IMG/VR virus record: IMGVR_UViG_3300029286_002355
Location: 96,001-160,000 of that record
Reading direction: 5' to 3' (one strand)
DNA from: a virus
DNA: 64,000 bases
Below, in pieces: positions 9,912-19,613 of this stretch. The position numbers were made by a program, and so were the translations under genes. The notes beneath the pieces are model-generated. The model was not told where the DNA came from, searched no databases, and was given only the letters and a program-made list of their open reading frames with translations. Positions within the stretch are counted from its first letter, which is position 1; every line of letters begins with the position of its first letter.

Positions 9912-11015
9912 TTATGTCTGCTGTTTTAACAAAGCTGTGCAATGGATAAGTGTTGATTCCAAAACCCACCTCTCGTTTATACTATACTCTAATTCCTTTC
10001 TCAGAGTAGAAAATTGTTTTGACAACTTATCTAGTTGACCCAATTTTACCGCCTCTCCAACTTTCTTTAACTGTTCAATTTCTTGATCCGGCAAATCGAT
10101 CCATTTGGTTTGTCCATTTTGAGCTTTCAATAGCATGATCGTTCTAAAGGCTTCTGAAATTTCAAAAGCAATTGCCTCCGTGTCAACATTAGCCATAATC
10201 AAATCATTAACTTGGTCTAATAGAAGCGATATGTTACCACCTGTTATAGAATTAACAATTTGGAAAACAATCTGTCTGTCGGGTAGCCCAAAAAATTTCT
10301 GAATATGATTATCATCTATCATATTCTTTCCTGCTTGAGTGCTAATCTGTTCCAAGGTAACAATAGCATCCCTCATACAACCTCTACTAATCTTAGCTAT
10401 GGCAAATAATGCTTCGTTCGTAATATTGACACCCTCCTTATCAGATATAAAACGAATCCTACCTACTATTTCCTTAGATAAAAGACGCCTAAAGTTAAAA
10501 CGTTGAGAACGAGAAGGTATTGTACCAATAACTTTTTTAGGTTCAGTAGTGCAAAATATAAAACTTAAGTATTCTGGGGGCTCTTCTACGATTTTTAGCA
10601 ATGCCGATATCGCTTTCGAGCTTAATTGATGAGCTTCGTCAATTAAATAAACTTTCCTTTTAAGTTCATTGGGAGACCATCTGGCTCCATCTATAAGCGA
10701 TTGAATGTTTTCCACATTACCATTTGCAGCACCATCCAACTCAATCACATCCATTGCCACATCCGATGGTATGGTTTGACAGGCTCTACATTTTCCGCAA
10801 AGTTTACCATCTTTAGGATTTTCACAATTCATAAGATTTGCCAAAATTCTTGCCACAGATGTTTTACCGCATCCCTTTGTTCCTACAAAAAAATATGAAT
10901 TTGCAAACTTCCCCGCTATGGTTGCTTGTTTCAGTGTCGATGTCACGCTATTCTGTCCTACCACTTCATCTAGTTGGAAGGGTCTATATTTAAGGTGCCA
11001 TTCATTTTTAGACAT
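9912..11015 (-). CDS. dnaX: DNA polymerase III gamma/tau subunit
   Basis: KYRPFQLDEVVGQ, GTKGCGKT, CGKCRAC, IDEAH, TIPSRSQRF. Confidence 0.95.
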   Translation of the reverse strand: MSKNEWHLKYRPFQLDEVVGQNSVTSTLKQATIAGKFANSYFFVGTKGCGKTSVARILANLMNCENPKDGKLCGKCRACQTIPSDVAMDVIELDGAANGNVENIQSLIDGARWSPNELKRKVYLIDEAHQLSSKAISALLKIVEEPPEYLSFIFCTTEPKKVIGTIPSRSQRFNFRRLLSKEIVGRIRFISDKEGVNITNEALFAIAKISRGCMRDAIVTLEQISTQAGKNMIDDNHIQKFFGLPDRQIVFQIVNSITGGNISLLLDQVNDLIMANVDTEAIAFEISEAFRTIMLLKAQNGQTKWIDLPDQEIEQLKKVGEAVKLGQLDKLSKQFSTLRKELEYSINERWVLESTLIHCTALLKQQT

Positions 11016-11089
11016 AATTACTCCATTGTTTTGTGTTTATTATACATCAATGTCTGGTTTTTTTACATTCAGGGATATTATACAGTATT

Positions 11090-11542
11090 TCAGGCGGATT
11101 TGCGAAACTTATCCTGAATGGATTTGCGAAGAGAATTAAGATCGGAATTGTTAGCAAGAATTTCAATTTTTGAAGTATTTTCTTTAGAGACCCCATCCCT
11201 AAAGACGCATATAGGTCTTATAACGCTAGAAATAACGTCATTTTCTTTTAAATCATCAATAACTATCAAGTCCTTATCTTCGGGAGCAGAACCCAAGGTG
11301 AGGTTTATCCAATAAGTTTTGTTTACTTTATAGCCTCTTTCCCTTATTTGATCTAAAGTCTCTTCGGGCCAATCGTCTCCGGGCAATAAATATTTGGCTA
11401 TTTCTCTGACTTTAGATAATATACTTATCCTGTGAAATCCCATTTCGGAAAGCATAGCAGAAACAGTTGTCTTCCCGCTTCCCTTGTCCCCCAGTAAACC
11501 TATAATTATCTTTTTTATAACTCTCCTAATGCATAACCGCAT
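11090..11542 (-). CDS. P-loop nucleoside-monophosphate kinase-like protein
   Basis: IIIGLLGDKGSGKTTVS Walker A, and DLIVIDD. The start is uncertain: it overlaps the upstream gene, and an AGGAG SD precedes an ATA codon. Confidence 0.7.
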   Translation of the reverse strand: MRLCIRRVIKKIIIGLLGDKGSGKTTVSAMLSEMGFHRISILSKVREIAKYLLPGDDWPEETLDQIRERGYKVNKTYWINLTLGSAPEDKDLIVIDDLKENDVISSVIRPICVFRDGVSKENTSKIEILANNSDLNSLRKSIQDKFRKSA

Positions 11543-12393
11543 CCCACAAATGGCAAAGCTGACATAATAGGGCCTAACGATGAATTTCTCTCAATAGGCT
11601 TAACCAAAATATTAAGAACCTTTGACCATGATGTTCCAACATGTATTTCTAATGTTTGTGGTGTATCACTTTCTACAAATGCTAGGTCACCACCTTTATT
11701 ATAATAGTTAATACTGCCAGAAACTTCTTGCATCCCAACTCTTATAACGTAAGGAGATAGTTTTTGCATACCTCCTGCTCCATTGTTGGCCCCTGCTGTA
11801 TAAATTGGCATACAGTTATTGTTAACAGAAAAATCTACGCTGGATATTCCCTTATTGGAATTATCAGAAGTAATAGCGGAACATTTAACCGTTATAGTAT
11901 CCCATGTCATTAGTTTTTCTTCATTAGTAATTAAATCAACCATGGAGGAATCTTCGCCTTGGATAGCCATTATATCTGCACTTATATTAAGAATATCTCC
12001 AGAAGCAACAGAAAATGAATAGGTGTTTACTCTGCATCCGTAGAAATGTCTTGAAATGCCGCAAGTATGCTTAAATTCCATTTCAAACTCGTCTCCTGTT
12101 CTAGCCAAGTCGAACATGGCAACCATAGAGGTTTCTGTGGCAGGGAAAGAAATAGCTCCTTGGTAAATCTTTACTCCGGGTCTAAATAGTATTTTCTGTT
12201 TGTTTAAATTACCTACATCATCTTTGCCATCAAATATGTTTATTCCACTAGGTATAGAGTCTCTAAGACCTATTACATGGTCATAAAATAGAACTTCTTG
12301 CCTTGGGTTTACGCTAAAGTCAGTACATCTTATAGTAGTTCCATTTATTATGGCGTAACCAAGAAAACCAGCATTTACATCACCTACTGCCAT
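11515..12393 (-). CDS. Putative phage tail tube protein
   Basis: Beta-rich, Gly-rich 292-aa protein with patterns (GCRVNTYSFSV, VDFSVNNN...IYT, GMQEVSGSI) resembling tail-tube families. Family assignment by recognition only. Confidence 0.5.
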   Translation of the reverse strand: MAVGDVNAGFLGYAIINGTTIRCTDFSVNPRQEVLFYDHVIGLRDSIPSGINIFDGKDDVGNLNKQKILFRPGVKIYQGAISFPATETSMVAMFDLARTGDEFEMEFKHTCGISRHFYGCRVNTYSFSVASGDILNISADIMAIQGEDSSMVDLITNEEKLMTWDTITVKCSAITSDNSNKGISSVDFSVNNNCMPIYTAGANNGAGGMQKLSPYVIRVGMQEVSGSINYYNKGGDLAFVESDTPQTLEIHVGTSWSKVLNILVKPIERNSSLGPIMSALPFVGCGYALGEL

Positions 12394-12394
12394 A

Positions 12395-14503
12395 TTAATC
12401 TATTCCCAGAACATCAGTCTCACTATCATTAGAAGGTTCGGCGTCCTCTTCGATCTTATCGGACTTACCAGATTTAGAGTATTTTTTGAATGTTTTTTTA
12501 ACCGATCCATCAAGAGACTCGGAATATTTACATTTTGGATAACAAATACATCCAAGAAACACGCTTCCATCTGCCTTATTCTTTCTTTCTACTAGCTTGC
12601 CATCCCTACCTTCTTTTTGACATTCTGGACATAACCGATCTGTAATATTAAGAACCTTCTTCTCTTTGATAGTAAATTTACCATCCTCCCCCTTAGCGTA
12701 AATCATGCGGCATAAAGGATATCGGTCACAGCCGTAGAAATCTCCGAACTTCCCATGTCTCTGAACAATAGATCCATTTTTGCACTCTTTAGACATGCAT
12801 TTTTCTCCTGTTGTTACGCCAATACTTTTAGAATCATTACCTTTAGCTTCTTTTATGTATTTTTGTAATGTTTCATAAACAGCACTAACCACTCCCAAAT
12901 AATCCTTTTTCCCATCCGCTATTTCATCTAAATTCTCTTCGAGTTTGGAAGTGTATTTTATGTCCATAAAGAAGTCTTTGAAATTAGGTTGCAAATAGTC
13001 ACATATTCTTGTTCCCAATATGGTTGCAATAAGACCCTTGCCTTTCTTTTCTTTTTCTACATAGCCTTTCTTTTGAATTGAAGTAATAATACTAGCTCTT
13101 GTAGATGGCCTTCCAACACCCTCCTTCTCCATCGCTTTCGCCAAACTGCCCTCGTTATATCTTGCGGGGGGTTGAGTAGTATGTTTTGTTTTTTTGATAT
13201 CCTTTAAATTTAAGGCTTCCTTTTCCTTAGCGTCCGGCAATACCTCTTCTTTTGTTTTTGAATATTTGTAAACTTTAGACCATCCATCAAATTTAACAGT
13301 TTGTCCTCTTGCAATTAAATGATGATTGGTACTAGCCTTGACATCGTAAACAACCGTATCCACAATTTGAGGTGTCATCTGGCAAGCTATGAATCTATCA
13401 CGAATTAGCTTATACATCTTTTTTTCTGAATCCTCATCTAAATCGTCTCCAACATCCTTAACATGGGTTGGCCTGATACATTCGTGGGCTTCTTGTGCTG
13501 CTGCTCCAGATTTTTTCGTATAAACATTTGCACTTTGAGGTAAATAGGGGCTCGATTCTGTTTCTTTGATAAAATCTCTAACCTCTTTAATAGCATCAGC
13601 AGATATGGCAAAAGAATCAGAGCGTATATAGGTAACTTTACCCTGTTCATATAGTTTTTGAGCTATGACCTGAGATTTACTAAGACTCCATCCGAAAAGA
13701 GCGGAACATGTAACTTGAAGAGAATTGGTATCGAAGGGAGCTGGCGGACTGTTCTTTTTTTCTGCCTTTTCTACTTTATCTAAAATGAAAGATGCCTTTT
13801 GAAGTTTCGCTAAATCATCTTGTGCTACTTTTTCACTAAGATATTTGTTTTCTTTTTCTTTGGTTACTACTCTGGCCCAAAATTCCCCCTTTTTACATTC
13901 TAAAAGGGCTTCTACAAACCAATAATCTTCTGGTTTGAAAGCATCAATCTCTTTCTGCCTGTCGCAAACAATTTTTAAGGCTATAGACTGAACCCGCCCG
14001 GCACTAGAACCGGGTATATGAGCCGAATACCAAAGTACCGGAGAAACGCCATACCCAATTAATCTATCCAAAACTTGCCTAGCCTTTGCCGCTTGTATGG
14101 TTGGCATATGAGTTTCTATTTTGGTTTCTTCTTTAATGGCGTTAAGAATTGCGGTTTTGTTAATTTCATTAAACATTACTCTAACACATTTCTTTTTGCA
14201 TTTTTCATTTAAAATATCATAAATGTGGTAAGATATACTAGACCCTTCTCTATCAGGATCGGTTGCCAAATATATTTTTTCTGCTTTTTCAGCTTCTTCT
14301 TTTATTTTCTTAACCACATCTTTTTTATCATTGCTAATTTGATAAACTGGCTCGAATCCATTTTTTATATCGATATTCATCCCTTTTTTGGGTATCTCTC
14401 TAATGTGTCCAACAGAAGCGGTAACAACATAGTCAGATCCCAAAAACGACTTAATCTTTGCGCATTTATTGGGAGACTCTACTATAAACAAATATTTACT
14501 CAT
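12395..14503 (-). CDS. topA: Type IA DNA topoisomerase with C-terminal zinc ribbons
   Basis: IVESPNK, LATDPDREG, SAGRVQS, VTYIRSDS (catalytic Tyr), GVGRPST, and two Cys4 ribbons. Confidence 0.97.
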   Translation of the reverse strand: MSKYLFIVESPNKCAKIKSFLGSDYVVTASVGHIREIPKKGMNIDIKNGFEPVYQISNDKKDVVKKIKEEAEKAEKIYLATDPDREGSSISYHIYDILNEKCKKKCVRVMFNEINKTAILNAIKEETKIETHMPTIQAAKARQVLDRLIGYGVSPVLWYSAHIPGSSAGRVQSIALKIVCDRQKEIDAFKPEDYWFVEALLECKKGEFWARVVTKEKENKYLSEKVAQDDLAKLQKASFILDKVEKAEKKNSPPAPFDTNSLQVTCSALFGWSLSKSQVIAQKLYEQGKVTYIRSDSFAISADAIKEVRDFIKETESSPYLPQSANVYTKKSGAAAQEAHECIRPTHVKDVGDDLDEDSEKKMYKLIRDRFIACQMTPQIVDTVVYDVKASTNHHLIARGQTVKFDGWSKVYKYSKTKEEVLPDAKEKEALNLKDIKKTKHTTQPPARYNEGSLAKAMEKEGVGRPSTRASIITSIQKKGYVEKEKKGKGLIATILGTRICDYLQPNFKDFFMDIKYTSKLEENLDEIADGKKDYLGVVSAVYETLQKYIKEAKGNDSKSIGVTTGEKCMSKECKNGSIVQRHGKFGDFYGCDRYPLCRMIYAKGEDGKFTIKEKKVLNITDRLCPECQKEGRDGKLVERKNKADGSVFLGCICYPKCKYSESLDGSVKKTFKKYSKSGKSDKIEEDAEPSNDSETDVLGID

Positions 14504-14768
14504 TTTTGTCCTTATGAAATTTTATCTTTCTCTCAAGTTAACCTAGATATATTATACATATTCTACATTAAAAATTAATCACAAAACATGAGTGTATCGT
14601 TTGATTATTGAAAAATACAGATGGCATTGCACGGGAAGATACAAAAATGTCAAATGCTAAGAGAATAAAAAATATTATACAGGTTTTTAAATTAACTTAA
14701 AGGAAGTATATTGTTTATTTTGAATTATATAGTGTATTAAAAACCGAAAAGGAAAGGTGAAGGTAATT

Positions 14769-15470
14769 ATGACAATAAAACATATAAATGATGTAAACAG
14801 CGGGTGGGAGCCCAGAGTAGCAAAACTAGAAACAAGTATGGAGATGCTAACTAACAATGTCAATACTTTAACCAATAACGTTAGAGATCAAGGTGTTGAT
14901 ATTGAAAAACAACTTCGTGAGTTAACGGCATCAATCAACCTAGTAGCCAGCCCGAAACAAACAAACTGGAGTACTATTATTGCTGCTATAGCATTAATTT
15001 TGGCATTAGGAGCCGCTGTGTTTGCTCCGTTGAATATGCGAATTAATGAGAATAAAATATCAATTGAAAAATTATCCGGTTTTCATTTTGATCATGAAAA
15101 ATTACCTTTACATCCTGTGGGAGAAACAAAAATAGCCGGCCTTGAAGGATCTATTGCAGATAAACATCACTTATTTGAGCAATCTATTGGAGAACTTAAT
15201 GATAAACTCCAAGAAGAGTTCAAATTAACAACTGATGCCACAAAAGAACAAATCGAACAATTGGATGTTAGACTGCAACGTGAGTTTATGTTGTCAATGG
15301 CTAATACGGAAAAACAGGTAGAAGCAGCACGTTTAGATATTAAAGAAGGGAATTCTTTAGCTTTAAATAGAATTGAATCGCTAGAGCAATGGGTTAATAA
15401 TCGTACACAAGACGAGTTTAAAGAATTACAAAGCAGAAGAATGGGCGTAGAATGTGCAAAGAAAAAATAG
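14769..15470 (+). CDS. Coiled-coil protein with one transmembrane helix
   Basis: Heptad-rich N-terminus, hydrophobic TIIAAIALILALGAAVFAPL, long helical C-terminus. One of few plus-strand genes. Start placed at 14769. Confidence 0.6.
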   Translation: MTIKHINDVNSGWEPRVAKLETSMEMLTNNVNTLTNNVRDQGVDIEKQLRELTASINLVASPKQTNWSTIIAAIALILALGAAVFAPLNMRINENKISIEKLSGFHFDHEKLPLHPVGETKIAGLEGSIADKHHLFEQSIGELNDKLQEEFKLTTDATKEQIEQLDVRLQREFMLSMANTEKQVEAARLDIKEGNSLALNRIESLEQWVNNRTQDEFKELQSRRMGVECAKKK

Positions 15471-15475
15471 TTGAT

Positions 15476-16075
15476 TCAATTATTTTTTAGACAACATTTT
15501 TTATATTTTAACACCTTACCTGTTCTAGCATCTATTTTCCCACATGGACAAGGATCGTTTCGTCCTGTTTTTTTACCACCCTTTATAGTAAACAATCCTT
15601 TCTTACCATAATCAATAAGGATTTTTCCAGAAAGATGATCCATTTCATGTTGGGCAGCTACAGCCAATAAACCATCATTGTTTTCGCTCTTGATATTTGA
15701 ATAATAGAAGGCAACTGTTTGTTCCCTTAATTTATCATCCTCAAGTAGTTGATATTTTATGATATAGTTGCAAAAACGCTTCGTATCTAAATATATACTA
15801 GGAAAAGACAAACATCCTTCACCATAAAAAACAATTTCATCTTCTGCGCTTACTATCTCTGGGTTAATGAAATGCAGAAATTGACCTTCGCTCCTAAGAA
15901 TAAAAATGCGTTTTGGAATACCAATTTGGATTGCCGATAATCCTATCCCATCGTTGTGCTTAGATAGGGTTTCTTCTAGTTTCTTGATTATATCCTTGGC
16001 TTCTTCTATAGAAGTAACGATTTCAGAAACCGTTCCTTTAAACCTACAAAAATCTGTGTCGTTGTTTTTCATCAT
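15476..16075 (-). CDS. def: Peptide deformylase with C-terminal SEC-C motif; 3' part of a gene split by the IS607 element (first 15 codons come from the IS end)
   Basis: GIGLSAIQIG, EGCLS, QHEMDHL, and GRNDPCPCG...YKKCC. Native sequence resumes at codon GTT 16030-16028. Confidence 0.93.
   Translation of the reverse strand: MMKNNDTDFCRFKGTVSEIVTSIEEAKDIIKKLEETLSKHNDGIGLSAIQIGIPKRIFILRSEGQFLHFINPEIVSAEDEIVFYGEGCLSFPSIYLDTKRFCNYIIKYQLLEDDKLREQTVAFYYSNIKSENNDGLLAVAAQHEMDHLSGKILIDYGKKGLFTIKGGKKTGRNDPCPCGKIDARTGKVLKYKKCCLKNN
16040..16055 (+). repeat. Right-end subterminal repeat of the IS607 element
   Basis: AAACCTACAAAAATCT, the exact reverse complement of 23493-23508. Confidence 0.85.
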
Positions 16076-16080
16076 TTATC

Positions 16081-17169
16081 TTATATGTTTATTGGTTTGT
16101 AACTGGCACCGTAGGGACCAGTAAGAAACCGTGACAAAATATTCCTACTTGCATTTATATCTGCGTTGTCAGCATGATCACAACTCTGACAGCGGAATAC
16201 TTCTCCGTCACGATTCTTCTTATCGGCAAGACCACATTTCGGACAGGTAATACTAGTATTGTAAGGAGAGACAGTACGAAAGCTAACACGGTTATCTTCG
16301 CACCTTTGTTCTAGTCTTCCTAACCAGTATTTCCAATTCCAACTGCCGATAGAACGACGAATATTTTTACTCAATCGTCGTTTGAGTTTTGAGTTCTTAC
16401 CCAAATTCTTTAATCCTTCAACCACAATCAAGTCAGGATTCGTTCTAATAACTTCCTTGGCTACTTCATCAATTCTTTGTTTTAAAGCCCTTCTAGCCCT
16501 GTCCTTGCCCTTAGAACCTTGCTTGCATCTCTTGACTCGCTCTATGTTCTGTTTAATATCCTTGCCTAATTGTTGTCCTGTTGAAAGAGAAGCTAAAGCA
16601 TTTATTCCTGTATCAATTCCAATACACTTTTTACCATCTTTCTTTGCTCCTGTTTCCGTTTCAAAAACAAATTGGACATAGTTTTCTGTTATTATGTAGG
16701 AATTGAGTCTTTTTCCTTTAATACAAAGTCTATTATAATGCTTGTGGAATTTGATTGGAATATCCATTGTTATTTTATTACCTACAGAAGCGATATGTAG
16801 CCAAGCATCAAATTGTTTTGCTTCTTTACTATCTTTGAGTTCTGCTATAGTGCAAGAGACATACATTCTTTTGCCTTTATGAACAGGCTTGACTAGTTTA
16901 TTTGGTTGATTCTTCCAACGTTCTTTTGAGGCGGAAATCATATCAAGTGATTCTCTTGCGGCTACTTTTCTTAACCTAGCAGAAAGCCATGTCTGAGGTA
17001 TATCAACAATTGGTTTTAAGAGTTGTGTTTTATCAGTTGGATTAGTCCATAAATAGCCAACAAAGCAATTTACTACCTTTCCATACTCTTGAAGAATGGT
17101 GAGTAGTTCTTGCTTTTTCTTTTGAGTAGCGAATTTAGTGCTACATTTTGTTGACCTTATTATTTTCAT
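16081..17169 (-). CDS. tnpB: TnpB RNA-guided endonuclease (IS607-associated)
   Basis: RuvC-I GIDTG, RuvC-II VVEGL, Zn finger CPKCG...CQSC, RuvC-III NADINASRNI. Confidence 0.95.
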   Translation of the reverse strand: MKIIRSTKCSTKFATQKKKQELLTILQEYGKVVNCFVGYLWTNPTDKTQLLKPIVDIPQTWLSARLRKVAARESLDMISASKERWKNQPNKLVKPVHKGKRMYVSCTIAELKDSKEAKQFDAWLHIASVGNKITMDIPIKFHKHYNRLCIKGKRLNSYIITENYVQFVFETETGAKKDGKKCIGIDTGINALASLSTGQQLGKDIKQNIERVKRCKQGSKGKDRARRALKQRIDEVAKEVIRTNPDLIVVEGLKNLGKNSKLKRRLSKNIRRSIGSWNWKYWLGRLEQRCEDNRVSFRTVSPYNTSITCPKCGLADKKNRDGEVFRCQSCDHADNADINASRNILSRFLTGPYGASYKPINI

Positions 17170-17705
17170 TCTATTTTAAGCCCGTCAAGTAATTTCCCAT
17201 CTTTTATCTTTTTTATGGTTTCCAAACATCTTGATTCTGACAAGTAATTGTTAAATGTCTCTCCTTTGGGCAATTTAAGATAATCAAGTGACCCATTTGG
17301 AAATTGTGTTAAAGGAACATGAACTATATTTTTCGCCAACTGCTTAATAATTTCTATGTAATCTTGTTGTGATAGTTTTACGGTCTTATATTTAGTAATA
17401 ACTTTTAGGAGTCTCAATCTGCATTCATTTACGTTATCTCTAAATATATCGCATCCATATATTGTTGATATGGCTTGAACGGGGTGGGCGTGTTTTAGTT
17501 TTCTTTTGAGCACAGGAATTAAGAGTTGACCATTTCCACAGGCGGGGTCTATAATTGTTTTCTCTGGATTGGAGAACAAATCAGGAGAGTATTCTTCCAT
17601 TTTTGAGCACATTTCTTCTGCAAGAAGAAGTGGCGTAAAGCATTCTGCGGATTGCTTACGCCTTTTATCTCTTTTTTCTTCTATTGATTGGTTCTCATTA
17701 TTCAT
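17166..17705 (-). CDS. Small DNA methyltransferase-like protein (SAM-binding motif only)
   Basis: ECFTP...EM, IIDPACGNGQLL (motif I), IYGCDI. No NPPY/DPPY catalytic motif in 179 aa. Confidence 0.75.
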   Translation of the reverse strand: MNNENQSIEEKRDKRRKQSAECFTPLLLAEEMCSKMEEYSPDLFSNPEKTIIDPACGNGQLLIPVLKRKLKHAHPVQAISTIYGCDIFRDNVNECRLRLLKVITKYKTVKLSQQDYIEIIKQLAKNIVHVPLTQFPNGSLDYLKLPKGETFNNYLSESRCLETIKKIKDGKLLDGLKIE

Positions 17706-17709
17706 GGAT

Positions 17710-18450
17710 TTATATTCCGTTATAAATTAAATTGCACTTTTTATTGCAATCAAAAAAGTATGTTTGTAATTTCGATGAACGTAATTTTTCATCGTCTAAT
17801 CTTTTTTGAATTATATTTTGAAAATCCTCTCCTTGATTTACGCCTATTCCCTCAAATCCATTATTTGAATAATACATGTGATATGTGTCAGGAGATAAAT
17901 CCTCTAATTCTAGCGAAGACGTAAAAGAAGCATATGGGATTATTATAAGCCGATATCCATTTATATTTTGATATTTCTTTATCTTAGAGCATATTCCATC
18001 TATCATCTTCTGAACAAGGAATGAGGAATTGGGGCAATAACAGCAAATACTTTCATCTATATTGCCAGTCGCCACTGAATTTTTATCTACAGGCTTCGTA
18101 TTGTGAATTTTCTTGTCGGTTTCATTGTCTAAATTTACAGTAAAACATTCTATAATGACTTTTGCATTATCGTCAACAAAATCAGGAGTCAACCCGCTTA
18201 TATCTTTCTCGTATTCAAGATGTAATTTTTCTTGGTTGATGAAATGTTCTGATATTGACAACTCATTTATAAATTCTAGTCCCTGAATGTTTTTTCTATG
18301 AGATTCTTTTTCTTTACTATTTATTAGCGAAATTAACTTTTTTAGTATCTTTTGTTGAGATGATTGACCAAAATTAGGCAATATCCTTTTTAAGTTTTCT
18401 TTAATGGACGAATTCATTTTTAGTGTATCTATTTCTTCCGTTATATTCAT
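17710..18450 (-). CDS. Hypothetical protein, possible PD-(D/E)xK nuclease
   Basis: GLTPDFVDDNAKVIIEC resembles a PD...ExK-type motif; coupled within the cargo operon. Confidence 0.45.
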   Translation of the reverse strand: MNITEEIDTLKMNSSIKENLKRILPNFGQSSQQKILKKLISLINSKEKESHRKNIQGLEFINELSISEHFINQEKLHLEYEKDISGLTPDFVDDNAKVIIECFTVNLDNETDKKIHNTKPVDKNSVATGNIDESICCYCPNSSFLVQKMIDGICSKIKKYQNINGYRLIIIPYASFTSSLELEDLSPDTYHMYYSNNGFEGIGVNQGEDFQNIIQKRLDDEKLRSSKLQTYFFDCNKKCNLIYNGI

Positions 18451-19613
18451 TTTACAAACTCCTTCCAGAAATCTTTCTTTAAGAATTCAAAAACCTCTGG
18501 TTCAATTGAAAACCCAGACCACTTACAAATATTCATCATCTCTATGAATTTTTCCGACCTTATTGCCGCAATTATGTTTTCGGCTTCTTTTGTGTTATCA
18601 ACTTCTATGGCTATACAGTTGTTTGTCACTCCATATTCGCCTTTTTCATCATAAAAACAGTTTTCTGGACTTGCCTTTCCTAAGATAACTTTCTTCACTC
18701 CGAAATGCCCATCTTTTTTAGAAGAATATAACAAAACAGGTGTCTTACCACATGGCGTAGAGTAAATGCATGGATATAAAAACTTATCATCTTTCTCTTT
18801 AGACATCCAAGGCTTATCGTTTCCATACATTGACCTTGAGTGAATAACCTTTATTCGTTTTTCGCCCTTGATCCCTATACATTTTTCTAGTATTTCAGAA
18901 TGCTTATGGGAAATAAATGGCTTAGAAGACATATCAATTTTTTTAGAAACCCCATCTTCGTCTAAAATTATTGTGCCATTCTTTCTGGCTTTATTTATTA
19001 ATACATACCAGTCATATCTTGTTCCGCATCCAAACGTTTTCTGCCCATCAGACTGATTATGAATTTCCAAATATTCCAATTGCTTATCTTGGAATACGGA
19101 ATATAGAGGGTGATTGGGTTTTCTCCAAGCACTAGGATGAATGAGGGAAATAATTCCTCCATCATTAACAATATTAAATCCCATTTCAACAAATCTTTGC
19201 CAAAGAGATTTGTGCTTATTTTTTGGGTCTTGATAAGGAGGATTTCCTATAACACAATCCCAAGTCCTTATCTCTTTCTTTTCTTGCACCTTCTCAAAGA
19301 AATCAAAAAAGTCATCACTCATAATTTCTACTCCTATTTTTTGTCCAAATTTAGCCTTTTGTTCACAATCTGTGAAGAAACAAATATCTTTAGGATCAAT
19401 CCCTATTTCAACAAGAACTATAGCAATTTCCAAATTCGTAACCAATATCTTTTTGCCCTTTAGTTCACAATACTTGCAAACCTTATCAATCATTTTCTCG
19501 CAAAGATCATAGGGTGTAAAAACATTCTGCAAGTTATTATCAAGAGTTGCCCACTCCTTGAATACTTCTTGATAATACTCTCTAAGAGCCAATTGTTTTG
19601 CTGACAGAATCAT
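18447..19613 (-). CDS. Eco57I-like N6-adenine DNA methyltransferase
   Basis: VFTPYDL, DCVIGNPPYQ (motif IV), LWQRFVE...GGIISLIHPSAW, and a C-terminal TRD-like region. Motif I is degenerate. Confidence 0.85.
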   Translation of the reverse strand: MILSAKQLALREYYQEVFKEWATLDNNLQNVFTPYDLCEKMIDKVCKYCELKGKKILVTNLEIAIVLVEIGIDPKDICFFTDCEQKAKFGQKIGVEIMSDDFFDFFEKVQEKKEIRTWDCVIGNPPYQDPKNKHKSLWQRFVEMGFNIVNDGGIISLIHPSAWRKPNHPLYSVFQDKQLEYLEIHNQSDGQKTFGCGTRYDWYVLINKARKNGTIILDEDGVSKKIDMSSKPFISHKHSEILEKCIGIKGEKRIKVIHSRSMYGNDKPWMSKEKDDKFLYPCIYSTPCGKTPVLLYSSKKDGHFGVKKVILGKASPENCFYDEKGEYGVTNNCIAIEVDNTKEAENIIAAIRSEKFIEMMNICKWSGFSIEPEVFEFLKKDFWKEFVK

